Positions 38,734 to 51,410 of a DNA stretch of 64,000 nucleotides are shown piece by piece. The stretch's first letter is position 1; the number at the start of each line of letters is the position of its first letter. The position numbers and the translations under genes are program-made. The notes under the pieces are model-generated. The model saw nothing but the letters and a program-made list of their open reading frames with translations, was not told where the DNA came from and did no database searches. This stretch comes from Tubiluchus corallicola (Eukaryota; Animalia; Priapulida): positions 372,001 through 436,000 of the forward strand of contig JAQGDQ010000155.1 in assembly GCA_030141605.1 (NCBI GenBank), in the 5' to 3' direction.

Positions 38734-40317
38734 CATGCGTATTCGCTCGAACGTGATGCCTATCGTCTGAATACGCATCATGCATTACGCGCATGTCTTA
38801 GCTTAATGCAAAATAACGTAAAATTAAAAAAGTCCCATTAGTAGACTAATATTTCACCACATGAAGTTCAGTTTATACTGAAATGTACAAAAACTGAGAT
38901 ATAAAGTAAGAAAATTGTACTGAATGACTCAAAACTCATAACTCATTCATTGTTCTACATAATTTGTTCTGCGTATTCGTGTTTCTTTTGCCACGCCCTG
39001 TACGCACCTGTGTTATTTACTAACCTTGATGTCTCCGTTTCTTTTCAACTTCAAAGCTTTTGCGTGTAGTCGTACAACAAACAACAAATGATATTGTCAG
39101 GTCACCATTTCCAGAGAGTGTTCATAATAAAGGTTCAAACGCAGATGGTCGGTGCTAAGGTGGATCACCTATTGTAAAAGAAAGACTTAATTAAAGAAAA
39201 AACGAACAATTGTTTAGACTCAACCTCATTTTAATTTCAAGTTTACATTTTCTTGCCTACAAAAGTTAGCAATTTGAATAATTAGCCTAGAAATTTAATT
39301 AACGACAACCAAACACAGCTGTTGCTTACGTCAGAAACTAACCACAGTTTGTGCAATGGCAGGCATCTTCTCTTGCATGTCAAGCACGTTTGGGTAAGTG
39401 TTACAGTACTGATTAAATGCGTGGTGCTACGAAAATGGGCACTACGTCATATAACTTCAGAAACTAACACTGCAGTTCATGATCATGGTCATCACGGTAC
39501 CGCCTTCTAGTATTTGTCGGCCACCGTGACAAAAAGGCGCGGTTGCCAATCTTAGTAGATTCACTGAGCCGCAAGTAGCTTTGAAAGTTTAACAAAATTA
39601 GAGTATCCGAAGTAATTATTATTTAATCTAAGCTCTGATTTAAAAAAAACAGCTGTAGTTTTCAATATTCTAGAGCATTCTTTATTCTGAACCAATGTTT
39701 ACACAATCGTCCGGTTTTCCTTTAATGATACCGTAACACGGGTGCGCCGCGAGCTGCCAGTTTCTAAAATTAGAGTTGACTTAAAATGTGCACGTACGGT
39801 TTCCGCCATTCCTTCCTGTGTACTTGTTTGAGCTAATGGAGCAGGAAATTGTTCTCATTGTTGTCAAAAGAAGAATAAAGCTAACATTAAATGCGAGTTC
39901 ATCGAGTTAACGCAGCTAAAAGGCATAACGAAAACATGAAACTTGACTTTTGTACATCCTAAAGACAATGTAATTAAATCTACAGTTCCTGTGCGACCTG
40001 TGAACAACCATTATTTTGCAATAAACCAGTGTTGTCGAAGACAAGAACAAAATTTGTTTTTGTTTTTCGTTAATGCGTTAGACTGAATGCTTTTATCTAA
40101 AGTTTGTTTTGGGAAAGTATTATTAATGTTTAATATCCATTGCCGTGTCACCTGTATATATTTGTAAATGATGTGCATCATGACGTACTTATTTACATTA
40201 TCACTTCATAACATACAATCTGTAAATGAGAATATATAAGTGTTAGTAGACGTCACAGCTTATTACAATTCAATATTTAATCATGGGAATTTCTATCCCG
40301 ATGCCTACAGTGTCTTT

Positions 40318-40640
40318 ATTAAGTTAAGAGATAGCTTTGCCTATTTATGTGTGGAGAAACTAACTTCCCTTTAACAACAGTTAGTACACATTAAGTTAAG
40401 AGATAGCTTAGCCTCATTACGTGGGGAAAACTAACTTCCCTTTAACTACAGTTAGTAGACATTAAGTTAAGAGACAACTTTGCCTCGTAACGTGGAGAAA
40501 AACTAACTTCCCTTTAACTCCAGTTAGTAGACATTAAGTTAAGAAACATCTTTGCCTCGTAACGTGGAGAAAAACTAACTTCCCTTTAACTCCAGTTAGT
40601 ATATACTAAGTTTAGAGATAGCTTTGCCTCCAAACGTGGG
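40318..40640. repeat. ~72-bp minisatellite, ~4.5 copies
   Basis: Unit ATTAAGTTAAGAGATAGCTTTGCCTCGTAACGTGGAGAAAACTAACTTCCCTTTAACT.CAGTTAGTAGAC. Confidence 0.9.
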
Positions 40641-40919
40641 CAAAGACCTGCTCCGTCAATTATCGCGGCCGTCAGGTCTTTCCCAACTGCCTTGAACTTT
40701 ATACGAGGCCTGTTCATTAAACAATTACACCATTAATGATGCGATATAATGATAAGATAATACATACTTGTATAATAAAACTACAGTATGTACTCTTTCT
40801 TTAAGTACTTCGTGCAGTTATTTATACAGAGCAAATATTAATTTGCTTACTTCGGAAATTAGTTTCTGACACCAGGAACGAGTTGAAAAAAGTTTTCCAA
40901 ATTTATTAGTCCCTATGAG

Positions 40920-41100
40920 GTTTATTTAACAGACAACAATAGCACTAACGCCTATTTAGCGACTTACAATAATACAGGTAAGGATGCAACACACAAATAA
41001 CGAATAACATGCTGGGTATATGTCCTGGCGTTGGCAGCCGCTAGTATCGAACTCAAGAGTGCAATTGGTTGTGGTCCGATAGACCACTTGGTCACCCAAA
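40920..41100 (-). mobile_element. tRNA-derived SINE-like repeat copy
   Basis: Reverse complement of 28300-28485. Confidence 0.7.
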
Positions 41101-41386
41101 CCAGAACCCTCACTACTATGAGCAATACCTGTCCTCATATAATTGTTGATGGTACTGCAGCTCTTTATGCCAGCATGTCTTACTTCCTGATAGTCCTGAA
41201 GTCGTGGGCACGAGCTTCATTTACCTGTGTAGACGTCTGTCTCACCATCATCATCATCATCGTCCTCCTCCTTCTCCCCCTCCTCCTCTCCTCCTCCTCC
41301 TCCTCCTCCTCATCATCATCATCACCATCATCATGATCGTCATCATCATCACCATCAACATCAGCATCATCGTCATTATCATCATT

Positions 41387-41426
<40 letters not shown>

Positions 41427-41427
<1 letters not shown>

Positions 41428-41715
41428 AGGGGTGAGCATTCTATCCCAGAACTTGAATTCGAATTGAATCTAATCGAATTTGTGACTTTTGAACTAGAAT
41501 AAAGCCGAATTTCATATTGATATGCATATTACTTGAATTTGTTTTGCAGTAAAAACACCAGTACTAGTTTAAAAATTGTGCGCAGAAATCATAGCTAAAT
41601 TGTACTGATGTTTCAATCATTTTATTGATAAAGAACGTGAGCAGTTGAAGTGCTGAATTATTCGGGTCTATAATATTAGGTTCGAATCGAATTCGAACGT
41701 TCGATGCTCACCCCA
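41427..41715. mobile_element. hAT-like MITE (right-end fragment also at ~14688-14720)
   Basis: TIR TAGGGGTGAGCAT / ATGCTCACCCCA, with subterminal GAATCGAATTCGAA repeats. Confidence 0.75.
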
Positions 41716-42149
41716 GATTTTTAGATAACACTAATTATTAGTGGACACATCTTTTGGCTTAAATGGTACAACGAATGCATTTGACTGCAACGAGGTCAAG
41801 AGATCACCAACCTCGTTGAACCGTGGTGCTTGTACTCAAATCTCTAGCTGCTTTTTTGTTAAAAACACATTATATCCTAGAAAACACACAAGGAATTGTT
41901 TAGCTTCATTGCACGAGTGACCCAGACAAGGTCATTATCAGTAGAAAGATCTATGAGCAAGTTCTGCGTTACCAAATCTTATGGCTGCAAAGTATTTTGC
42001 ACGTCAACTGACTTAGCCTTAAAACAACAGGAAAACCCTCCTTTCAACGCGAGTACGATATATGCATAAAATTGCTATAAAGTAGTGCAATTTTTTAAGG
42101 CGATTTTTCTGAAACCTACTTCTGGTGCCCCTGTTCTTGTCCTTAAAAG

Positions 42150-42387
42150 TTTACGTTTTTTATTTAATGTCGGTTTTAAACAGACCACACAAGTCACGAG
42201 GCTTTTATCGCCAACTGTAAATAACAATCTACTACTACATAACATAGATTATTATTATCACTCTCACCCTAAATACCACGCGCCAGGAAGGGCAACAACA
42301 AGTACCATTTTTAGTCTTTGGCGTTATGTGGCCCAGTATCGAACTCACAACCTCCCAGATGGAAAGCGAACACATTTCCACTAGACA
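42150..42387 (-). mobile_element. tRNA-headed SINE with Meta-domain-like centre
   Basis: The minus strand has A-box-like TAGTGG, B-box GAGTTCGATACT, then CCAAAGACTAAAAATGGTACTTGTTGCCCTTCC. Confidence 0.6.
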
Positions 42388-43929
42388 ATACGGACTGTAT
42401 TTTCAACAAAAGTATAAGGTACTATAAGCTTTTGATTAGAAAAGAACTTTTGGTGTTAGATCAAAAATACCTATTTAAAAATTAACAGTAACTGTAAATT
42501 AGCAGCTAAAACCGTCAACATATATCATTTTTAATTAATAACTCCAAACTTAGCTATTTATCTAACTAAAATTGGCTGAATTTCGGCTAAAATCGCACCG
42601 CACTGCAAATCAAATAAACTTTTAATAACAAAATTATGACAAGTATTTTTTATCTTTTATACAGCTAGTAAACATCTAGATCTCTAAATTTTTCATACAT
42701 TTTTCATTCCCCCTAAATCTTTCTCAGGAAAATGTTTATATTGATTGCTAGTTAAAAGACGAAAAATTGAACGTCACTTTTAATTACAGAATTTCTTACA
42801 CCTAATACAGCAATTAAAAACGAAATTAGACATTTCTGAAACAATAAAAACTTACCAAGTTTGAAACTTCCAGCTCCAGCATAAAATCAGCATAATTTTT
42901 CTCTGCTCTGGTTTCTCATCCAGTTTCTGCTGCATTAAATAAGTCTATTGTTACCAGATGAAAAGGAAAAGTCTAATTAAATTATTTTCATTACTGTATA
43001 ATTTTTCCCCAAAATGTCTATGAAACACAGAACATCATACTAGTTCGCTCAGTTTCCCAACTCACCAATGCACATCGCAACTTATCCAAATAACTGGGTC
43101 GTTCACCTGAGTAGGAAGGATCCATATTCGGGGACTCCAAATTTTTAACTACCCATTTTATCTGTAAAATTCTTACCTGTTTTTCGTCGCAAAAAAACTA
43201 AAATGATTTTCGTGTGTCGACGTGGAGTTTTTCTCAAATATTTGTCACTGAGATTTTTATTTTAATTACGGAGGTTCATAAGAGGTATGCGCCTTACAGA
43301 GCGTAGCGGTTGGGAATAAATGCACATAGATTCGGTATTGCGCGTAACTACAAAGCAGCTTTTTTAAGGAAGCAGCGAATCACCCACGTCTGACGATACA
43401 CATAACGGAGAATTGGGAAATTATGGCATTCGTTGATGGGTAGCAGCGTCATTACACATTTAAATTGTTAGGCTTGGAAAAAAATATTCAGTCCTGTTAC
43501 TGTCGATGTTGCTGTTTCTGTTGCTGCTGCTGTTGCAGTTGCTGTTTGTTGTTGCTGTTGTTGTCGTTGTCGTTGTCGTCGTTGTTGTTCTTCTTCTTCT
43601 TTATTACCGGTTTAGGTGCTTCCAAGTATCGAACCCAGTTGCTTAGGAAATAACTAGTAAACAGGTATTTCATTGACAGGTGTGAACTGTGCTTTGCTTT
43701 TTCTGTGATTTAGCGAAACTAAATCTGAAATGTGTTTCCAAATAATACTCACTGCATCACAATTACGTGTCGTCCTAACACAGCTGACACTCGAGTTGTC
43801 TGTCTGTGCCACGATCATCCATTCTTCCAACCATGGCCCCCTAGTACTAATGACTGTCTGGTGGTGTATTGGTTATAACAGTAACTTGTAAATTAGAAAT
43901 ATCTATAAGTATTGATGAGCGCAAAAATT

Positions 43930-44200
<271 letters not shown>

Positions 44201-44240
44201 TCGTTCGTTCGTGACTTTGTTGAGTATTTAGCTTATTTGA

Positions 44241-47200
44241 ATGACGTCACCCATTTTTGTCACTATGACAAATAAAGACTTCTATACTAAAATGTCTCGT
44301 CTTATGTCACGTTTTAAGGATGCATCTTCTAAAAAGAAACCTGTTTATAATATTCCAGACGCGACATTTGCTGAGCGACTATGGCGACTCCTACATGAAC
44401 ATGAGAAATACGGTATCCTTGAATGGACTGAAGGTACAGAAAATGATATTACTACTATTTTAGCTATGTAAAACAAAAATATATAGATACGAAACTTCAT
44501 ATATATACATACATCTACTGGTCTTAACGCAATGCAATAGCGTTAGGCGTTTACCTTACCAACAAAACTTACGTTCGTCCTTTAGAGGAGTATTGTACTC
44601 CAATTTGGAACCCCTGTTTACTAAAATATTTTGATTTGATTGAAAATGTTCAGCAGTATTTCACTCGCTGGCTGTTTGCTATGTGCAATCTTGACAGTAT
44701 GTCATACCCTGACCGATTAGCATTTTTAAATCTTGAGTCACTCGAACTTCGTCGAATACACAGTGATCAGACAAGGTGTTATTCTATATTACACGGACAC
44801 AGTGCAATAGACAAAGATGCATTTTTAACAAAGCGCCTTTTTCTAATGTAGCCAGGGGTCACCGCTTGAAGTTAAAGCCAACTCTCTGCCGACTTTATTG
44901 CCTTAAAAATTTCTCTCAAACAGAATAATTAAAATTTGGAATCAGCTCCTTTATTTTGTCAGCGGTGCCCCCTTGGTCTGTGCTCAGAGTAGCAAAGTTT
45001 TTAAAAAATGTTTAAAGGAAAACCAGACGGTTCACGATTGTGTAGCCATTAGTTCAATATAAACTATTCTCTGAAATATTGAAAGCTACAACACCTTTTT
45101 TTAAATCAAACTTAGATTAAATAACAATTACCTCGGATAGCTAAATTTTCTTGAACTTTCGAAACTACGCAGGCCTCACCGCAGCCTCAAAGACTGACAA
45201 TTTTTGTCAAAAGGCCGACAAGTAGGTGCTGTACTGTGGTAAGCACGAACTGCAGTGCTGTGACGTCAGTGTGACGTAGAGCTCTTTTTCTTGACATGAC
45301 ATCAACACCTTATAGCAATCTTTGCTTGACGCGCAGGGAAGATGCCTACCATTGCACAAACTGTGATAGGTTTGTGACTTAAGTGATAGCTGTGTTCGGT
45401 TGCGGTTAATTATCTTTCCAAGTTAATTATTCCAATATCAGAAACAACTGCTAACAACTTATAAAATGTTTAATCTACATGATTTAAGCAACATTCATTT
45501 TTGCATCTGGAACGTATCTCAATTCTTTTACATTACTTTCTATAGAAGTTTTTGTTTCGTTTAACGACGTTTCGCTTAACGTCGTGTTTTGCTGGAATGC
45601 ATTTGCGTCGTTAAGCGAGGACTTTTTGTTATCTTAATTAAAATGTGATAGACATACTGTGTAGCGCTTGTTTACAAATTTCTATCCGAATCCGTTATAT
45701 AGTATAGAAAACTTATTTTCGTTTTTTATTTTCTGAGATGAAATTGAGATACGGTGCACTTACAATGTGTTTAAAGGAAGACAGGATGATTTTTCATATA
45801 CTACCAGAGCTTCAGGTCGGAAAAAAGTATACATTTCAATACAATTAATACTGCAAAAGCGTTTCTGATAATTAAATAATAGATTAAAAACGTAATTAAC
45901 GGCGGGCGAGCCCAACCCATCAACTATTGGTGACATCACAAACTAACATAATTTTCAACAACAAAAGTATTCGACGAGCGTGTTTCACGTGTTTGTGAAA
46001 GCAAAAATTGAAGTACAGTGAAATTACAGTGAGATATTCAGTGTGTTGTATTAAAACCAGACATGTTTAAAGATAAATATTTAAATTTCAAATTTACCGC
46101 TATGCTCACATATGAGCTGTCGAACGTGTGTAGTTCGTCACAAACAAACACATCTGAACTGAGAGGTAAAGCACCAGTTTTTTGTGCAATGCGTTTCCGA
46201 AATACAGGCGCTGGTGCCCATGTAACTAGCGAATGGCGAAATGCATGTAACATCGAAGAACTAGTGGCGTGAACGTGAAATTGTATTAATAATTCTTTCG
46301 CGGAAATCATTTTAAAAAAATATTATGTTTTCTTTCAATATTTTAATGAGTAGATTGCTTTGACCTACAGTTTAAGATTGAATCCGGTTAAGACTGCCCT
46401 GATTTGTTTGTTCGTATCATATAGAAAAATGTTCAGTCCGATTTTGCTTTAATGAAATCAAGCTTTTCTCACGTAGATGGGAAGCATTTCTTGGTTGACA
46501 CTGTGGCATTTCAAAATACCAAAGACTCAGAAGTTGTTAAAGAACTGGTGGGCGACAACATAGGCGAATTATACATGAAGCTCAACCGGTACGGTTTTAA
46601 AAAGCTTGGCAAGGCGCAGTGGCTGGATAACAAAGTGGAATTTTGCCATCCGGATTTCCAGAGAGATTGCAAAGAGAGGCTGCCCAATGTTGTCCCCGTC
46701 GGAATCACGAAAAACACCTCAATTTCTACAGAACCTTTGCTAACAAAACAAGAACAATCGACCGTCCCTACTATAATGGTACTACCCGCTAATCCTAACA
46801 GTGATCCTCCCAATTTATCGCTAGATGGCGCAAAGCAACTTTATAAGGAAAAGGACAAAAGTCAAACACATCCTAAAAGATGTGTGACACAGTACAAAAG
46901 AGGAACAGACGACAGTGCTAACAAAAACACCACAAAAGTTCCACTTCCAGAAAAGAAAAATCGCCAGGAAGAAAAATTCGTGATCAGCGCCATCTGTATG
47001 GCAAAAAAGAAAGCACCACTTCAGCGAAAGATGGACATGACGAGCAAAGAATGTGCTAACGCGAGAAAGGTGTGTTATTTTTTTAAAATTTTAGGTATAA
47101 GAAAAAAGCGAAGCAGAGAAACTCCTCCCACTCACCCCCATTGTTGGAGTGAAACTGTAGAATTTTAGTTCATTTAGTTTTTATATTATAAGAGTTTACT

Positions 47201-49125
47201 AAAATTAATGAAGAAATTCGCTGGAGGCCCCACCTGTTACAGTTTTTACCTACTTGTGGACTCTAGGGAAAACTCACCAGAGGACCCAAATTTATAGACC
47301 AGTGTGGGTCTATGCTTATTGTACAGTGTGCCCATATAGTTTTGAAATACTCGCTCTACACTTGAAACAAGGCTATACGCTGAGCCATAAATTAGTTTCA
47401 GTGGGCCACCAGATACCCAAAGGCCGTAGACCCATGACCTACTATGACTATTGGTAAATCTGTCCATGACATTTTCATATTCAATTCGTTGTTTCCAATT
47501 TTTATAAATTCATTGGTCTTGATAAAATGACACATTTACGAATAAAACAAAGATCATACACGGAATCGTGGATGTTATTTTTTGTTTTTATTCTCTAATG
47601 AACAGAGATTTTAAACTTCACAGCCGGAACTTCTAAATATCTGATAATTAGAGGATAAAAATGTGAATTAACATCCACTTTTAATTGCGCTTATCATCTT
47701 AATGAGCAAATTTAATGCTCAAAATGCACTTCTGATTATGCCTAGGTTTGACAATGAATGAATCTATAAATAAAATAAAAAAACGGTTATTTTTGATAAC
47801 AACAAGGTAACTCTCTATTGCTTACATGTCACTGTTTTTAACGATATTAATAAGGACTCTTTATTAAATATTTTCACTCACCAGGATACTAAGCTAGTCA
47901 TTAATTTCGTGTCTGATTGTTTCAATTTATTTTAATTGAGCATATTATTATACTCAATTATTAGTTAATTGAGTATCGTTCTTGTTGGACTAATTTCCTC
48001 TTTGTTAAGTTCTCACCCTGTATAATTGTAATTATTAGTCAATATATCTAATCTAATCTAATCAATGAAGTCTAGCAAACATCTTCAGAGCACCTTGAGA
48101 AGCCAGCTGGAAACACACATTAACTTATACACCAAAGAACCCTACTGTCCTAGCAATAGACCCTAGGTTACAGCCCAAAATTAAAAAAATAAATTAAATA
48201 TCTTTAATTTTGGGTAATTATACTGAGATCACTTTGAGTCTATTAATAGAACATTAGCGTTTATTAGTTTTTTTTTTGAAAAACTGTAGAATACATCTCT
48301 GACTAGCTTGTGAATGTGCTCTGACGATGATGCAAGGGTACATTATCAAGGCATCTAGAACAAAGAATTTTAGCAGAATTTAGAAACAACATCGAAATAC
48401 AATTCAGTAGTTAGATAGCTAAAAGACATATGATATAACATTATATAGATAATATAACAATTTACCTTACAGATTACATATCTTGATTGATATGAAACTG
48501 TGCTACACTACACAAACAAACATGTTAGTAATAACAGAATTGCCAATATTAGGGCCTACCATTTTGTTGCTCTATATTATATATCATATATCTTTTGACT
48601 ATCTAACTACTGAATTGTATTTCGATGTTGTTTCTAAATTGTGATAAAATTCTTTGTTTTTGATGCCTTGACAATGAACAGTTTGTTTGAAACCAATAAA
48701 TTTCATTTTGATGTATCTCTGTATTGCTTACTTTTTGATGTACCTTTGCATCATCGTCAGAGCACTTTCACAAGCTAGCCAGAGATGTATTCTACATTTT
48801 TTTAAAAAACTAATAAACGCTACTTTAAGACAAAAAATTAGTTTTTAGGATTTTCTTGCAGTACCTGACTTCAGAAAAAGAGCTAGACATCGAGCGAATG
48901 AAGCTGCCAACTGAAAACAAGAACAAGCAGAAGCCACCAATAAACATCTCTTCTGGCTGGGTGGAAAGAAAAACAGAGGATGCAGGTTGTGACGAAACTG
49001 CTGCTCCGGAAGCTGTTCCAAACAGGACGTGGCTAAGAAATACCATGACGAATTCCCTGAAAAATCTTGCTTCTAATTCCACACCAGTACAGACACTGGA
49101 GAAAGGTTGGAATATATGGAAGTAA
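44241..49125 (+). CDS. HSF-type DNA-binding domain protein, divergent, ~349 aa (3 exons)
   Basis: Exons 44241-44433, 46477-47069, 48862-49125 (GT-AG, phases 1 and 0). Spliced domain FAERLWRLL..ILEWTEDGKHFLV..LNRYGFKK..EFCHPDFQRD..L. The start codon choice and last exon end are less certain. Confidence 0.8.
44545..45020 (+). mobile_element. CR1-type LINE ORF2 3' remnant in HSF-like intron 1
   Basis: Peptide TYVRP.EYCTPIWNP..LIENVQ..FTR..SYPDRL..LNLESLELRR..D...RGH..KL, with stops and frameshifts. Confidence 0.85.
45830..46389 (-). mobile_element. Repeat family B copy
   Basis: Reverse complement of 2163-2720. Confidence 0.8.
48256..48822. mobile_element. Long palindromic element (Penelope-like inverted terminal repeats)
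   Basis: TAGCGTTTATTAGTTTTT..GTAGAATACATCTCTG.CTAGCTTGTGAA.GTGCTCTGACGATGATGCAA and its reverse complement; pairing extends about 190 bp. Confidence 0.75.
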
Positions 49126-49470
49126 ATATATGGAGTAAATGAGACATAGTTTTATGGAGCTACAAAATAACAAACGTAAAAGATAATTTAGTTTACGTTA
49201 CATAGAAACACAACATAAATTATTTTCAATAATAAAAAGTTTGCAAATTAGTTGCTATTGAAATTATGGACTATTTAACAATTAGCTCTAGAAGATCTAA
49301 GTAGATCTAGAAGTTCAAAAACCGTTGGCAGTGAAAACTAAGAAAATTAATAGTCTAACGAACAGCAATTTAACTCATTGAAATAAGAAATCGTTATATG
49401 TATTTGGATATAGGTATGTAGCTATATGTATATGGACTTATCTGAAAAATGTGAAGCGAGAGAGAGAGAA

Positions 49471-49538
<68 letters not shown>

Positions 49539-49543
49539 AAGAA

Positions 49544-49592
<49 letters not shown>

Positions 49593-49674
49593 TAAGTGAA
49601 ACGCAAAGCGAGAGAAAGAGAGCTGAAGGAGGGACAGAAACAGAGTGAATAACTTTTTATTTGAGCATATGCAC

Positions 49675-49707
<33 letters not shown>

Positions 49708-49708
<1 letters not shown>

Positions 49709-49983
49709 GTGACGTGTGGGTAAAGCAAAGCCCAGTTCAGTAACTTCAGTTGTTTTAAGTGGACTTTAACTCAATTATGCATTAGTATGTGTGTGTAGAG
49801 TGATTTCCTGGCAGGATCTTGCTTGGGAACAAGAAAAAATGAAGTAAGTAAAGTTCTAGCTACCTGTTAAAACTGTTACTATTGGTGTTGTCAGTTGTTT
49901 TGTACAGAAGTGCATTGTCTCGTACACTTAACCTTTGGCCTTTTCACGATCATCAACAAACGCTGGAACTGTGAGAAAGCTTT
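49708..49983. mobile_element. MITE family A partial copy
   Basis: GTGGGTAAAGCAAAGC...GGAACTGTGAGAAAGCTT. Confidence 0.7.
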
Positions 49984-50717
49984 TTGTAAAGCAAGAAAAA
50001 TAGTGTTATTTTGTAAGGTCGTGTACTATAGTAACAACAAGAACATTAAGTACATGTGCAAAGTTAGGTCACGTGCTTGTTTTTTATTACAATAACTTAA
50101 CAGGTAAAACCAACAAAATATCCTGCTACCAATAATTTAAATTGCATTTCGTGTATTGATATACTAATTACAAACGAGTTAATCGCAGTGGTCATATATA
50201 AAAACCGATTTATTTCACTGTTTAGCCTGTAATAGCTATTAATTCTGTAAACCTTATAAATTAATGTTATGTTACAAAGCCTACTACGTGTATTAGCAAT
50301 TTCAAATTGATTCACAATCAACAAAAAACAATTGACAATCTCCAACTCATCATAGTGTGTGCACAACTGAAGCATACTACCAAATACTGATACACGAAAA
50401 AGTCAATACAAGATGCCCATGTAATGATCAGTGCTCAAAAGTTACACAATTGTGTTTATTATGTAAAACATAAATAAAACATTATAAAAGAGGAGCAAAA
50501 ACAATACCCTGAAACATGCCTTAAATTCGTTAAGGGCCACGAAGGCTTGAAAAAATCCAAACAAAGGGATGTACTGGTGTTAATATAAAGTATAGAGGTA
50601 CAATCTCCATTGGTCATTCTTGCCATTGTTCTTAATGTGGCAGTGACATAAATGACCAATTGCATATACAACCTCCTATAACATCTTATTTTTGACTATT
50701 AGTCCTACAAGCTTGAA

Positions 50718-51410
50718 ATAAGTTTTAGGCCTCATTGTATAGCTTTCCATACAACAACAACATGACATTGATTAGTTCGAACTACTGGGCAAGTTTTAGG
50801 CCTCATTGTATAGTTTCCATACAACAACATGACGTTGATTAGTTCGAACTACTGGGCAAGTTTTAGGCCTCATTGTATAGCTTTCCATACAACAACATGA
50901 CGTTGATTAGTTCGAAATACAACAACATGACGTTGATTAGTTCGAAATACAACAACATGACGTTGATTAGTTCGAACTACTGGGCAAGGTTTAGGCCTCA
51001 TTGTATAGCTTTCCATACAACAACATGACGTTGATTAGTTCGAACTACCGGGCAAGTTTTAGGCCTCATTGTATAGTTTTCCATACAACAACATGACGTT
51101 GATTAGTTCGAACTACTGGGCAAGTTTTAGGCCTCATTCTATAGCTTTCCATACAACAACATGACGTTGATTAGTTCGAACTACCGGGCAAGTTTTAGGC
51201 CTCATTGTATAGCTTTCCATACAACAACATGACGTTGATTAGTTCGAACTACCGGGCAAGTTTTAGGCCTCATTCTATAGCTTTCCATACAACAACATGA
51301 CGTTGACTAGTTCGAACTACTGGGCAAGTTTTAAGGCCTCATTCTGTAGCTTTCCATGCAACAGCATGATGTTGATTAGTTCGAACTACCAGGCAATGCA
51401 TCGAACTAAT
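50718..51410. repeat. 68-bp minisatellite, ~10 copies, with an internal 30-bp sub-duplication
   Basis: Unit CAAGTTTTAGGCCTCATTGTATAGCTTTCCATACAACAACATGACGTTGATTAGTTCGAACTACTGGG; period 68. Confidence 0.95.
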
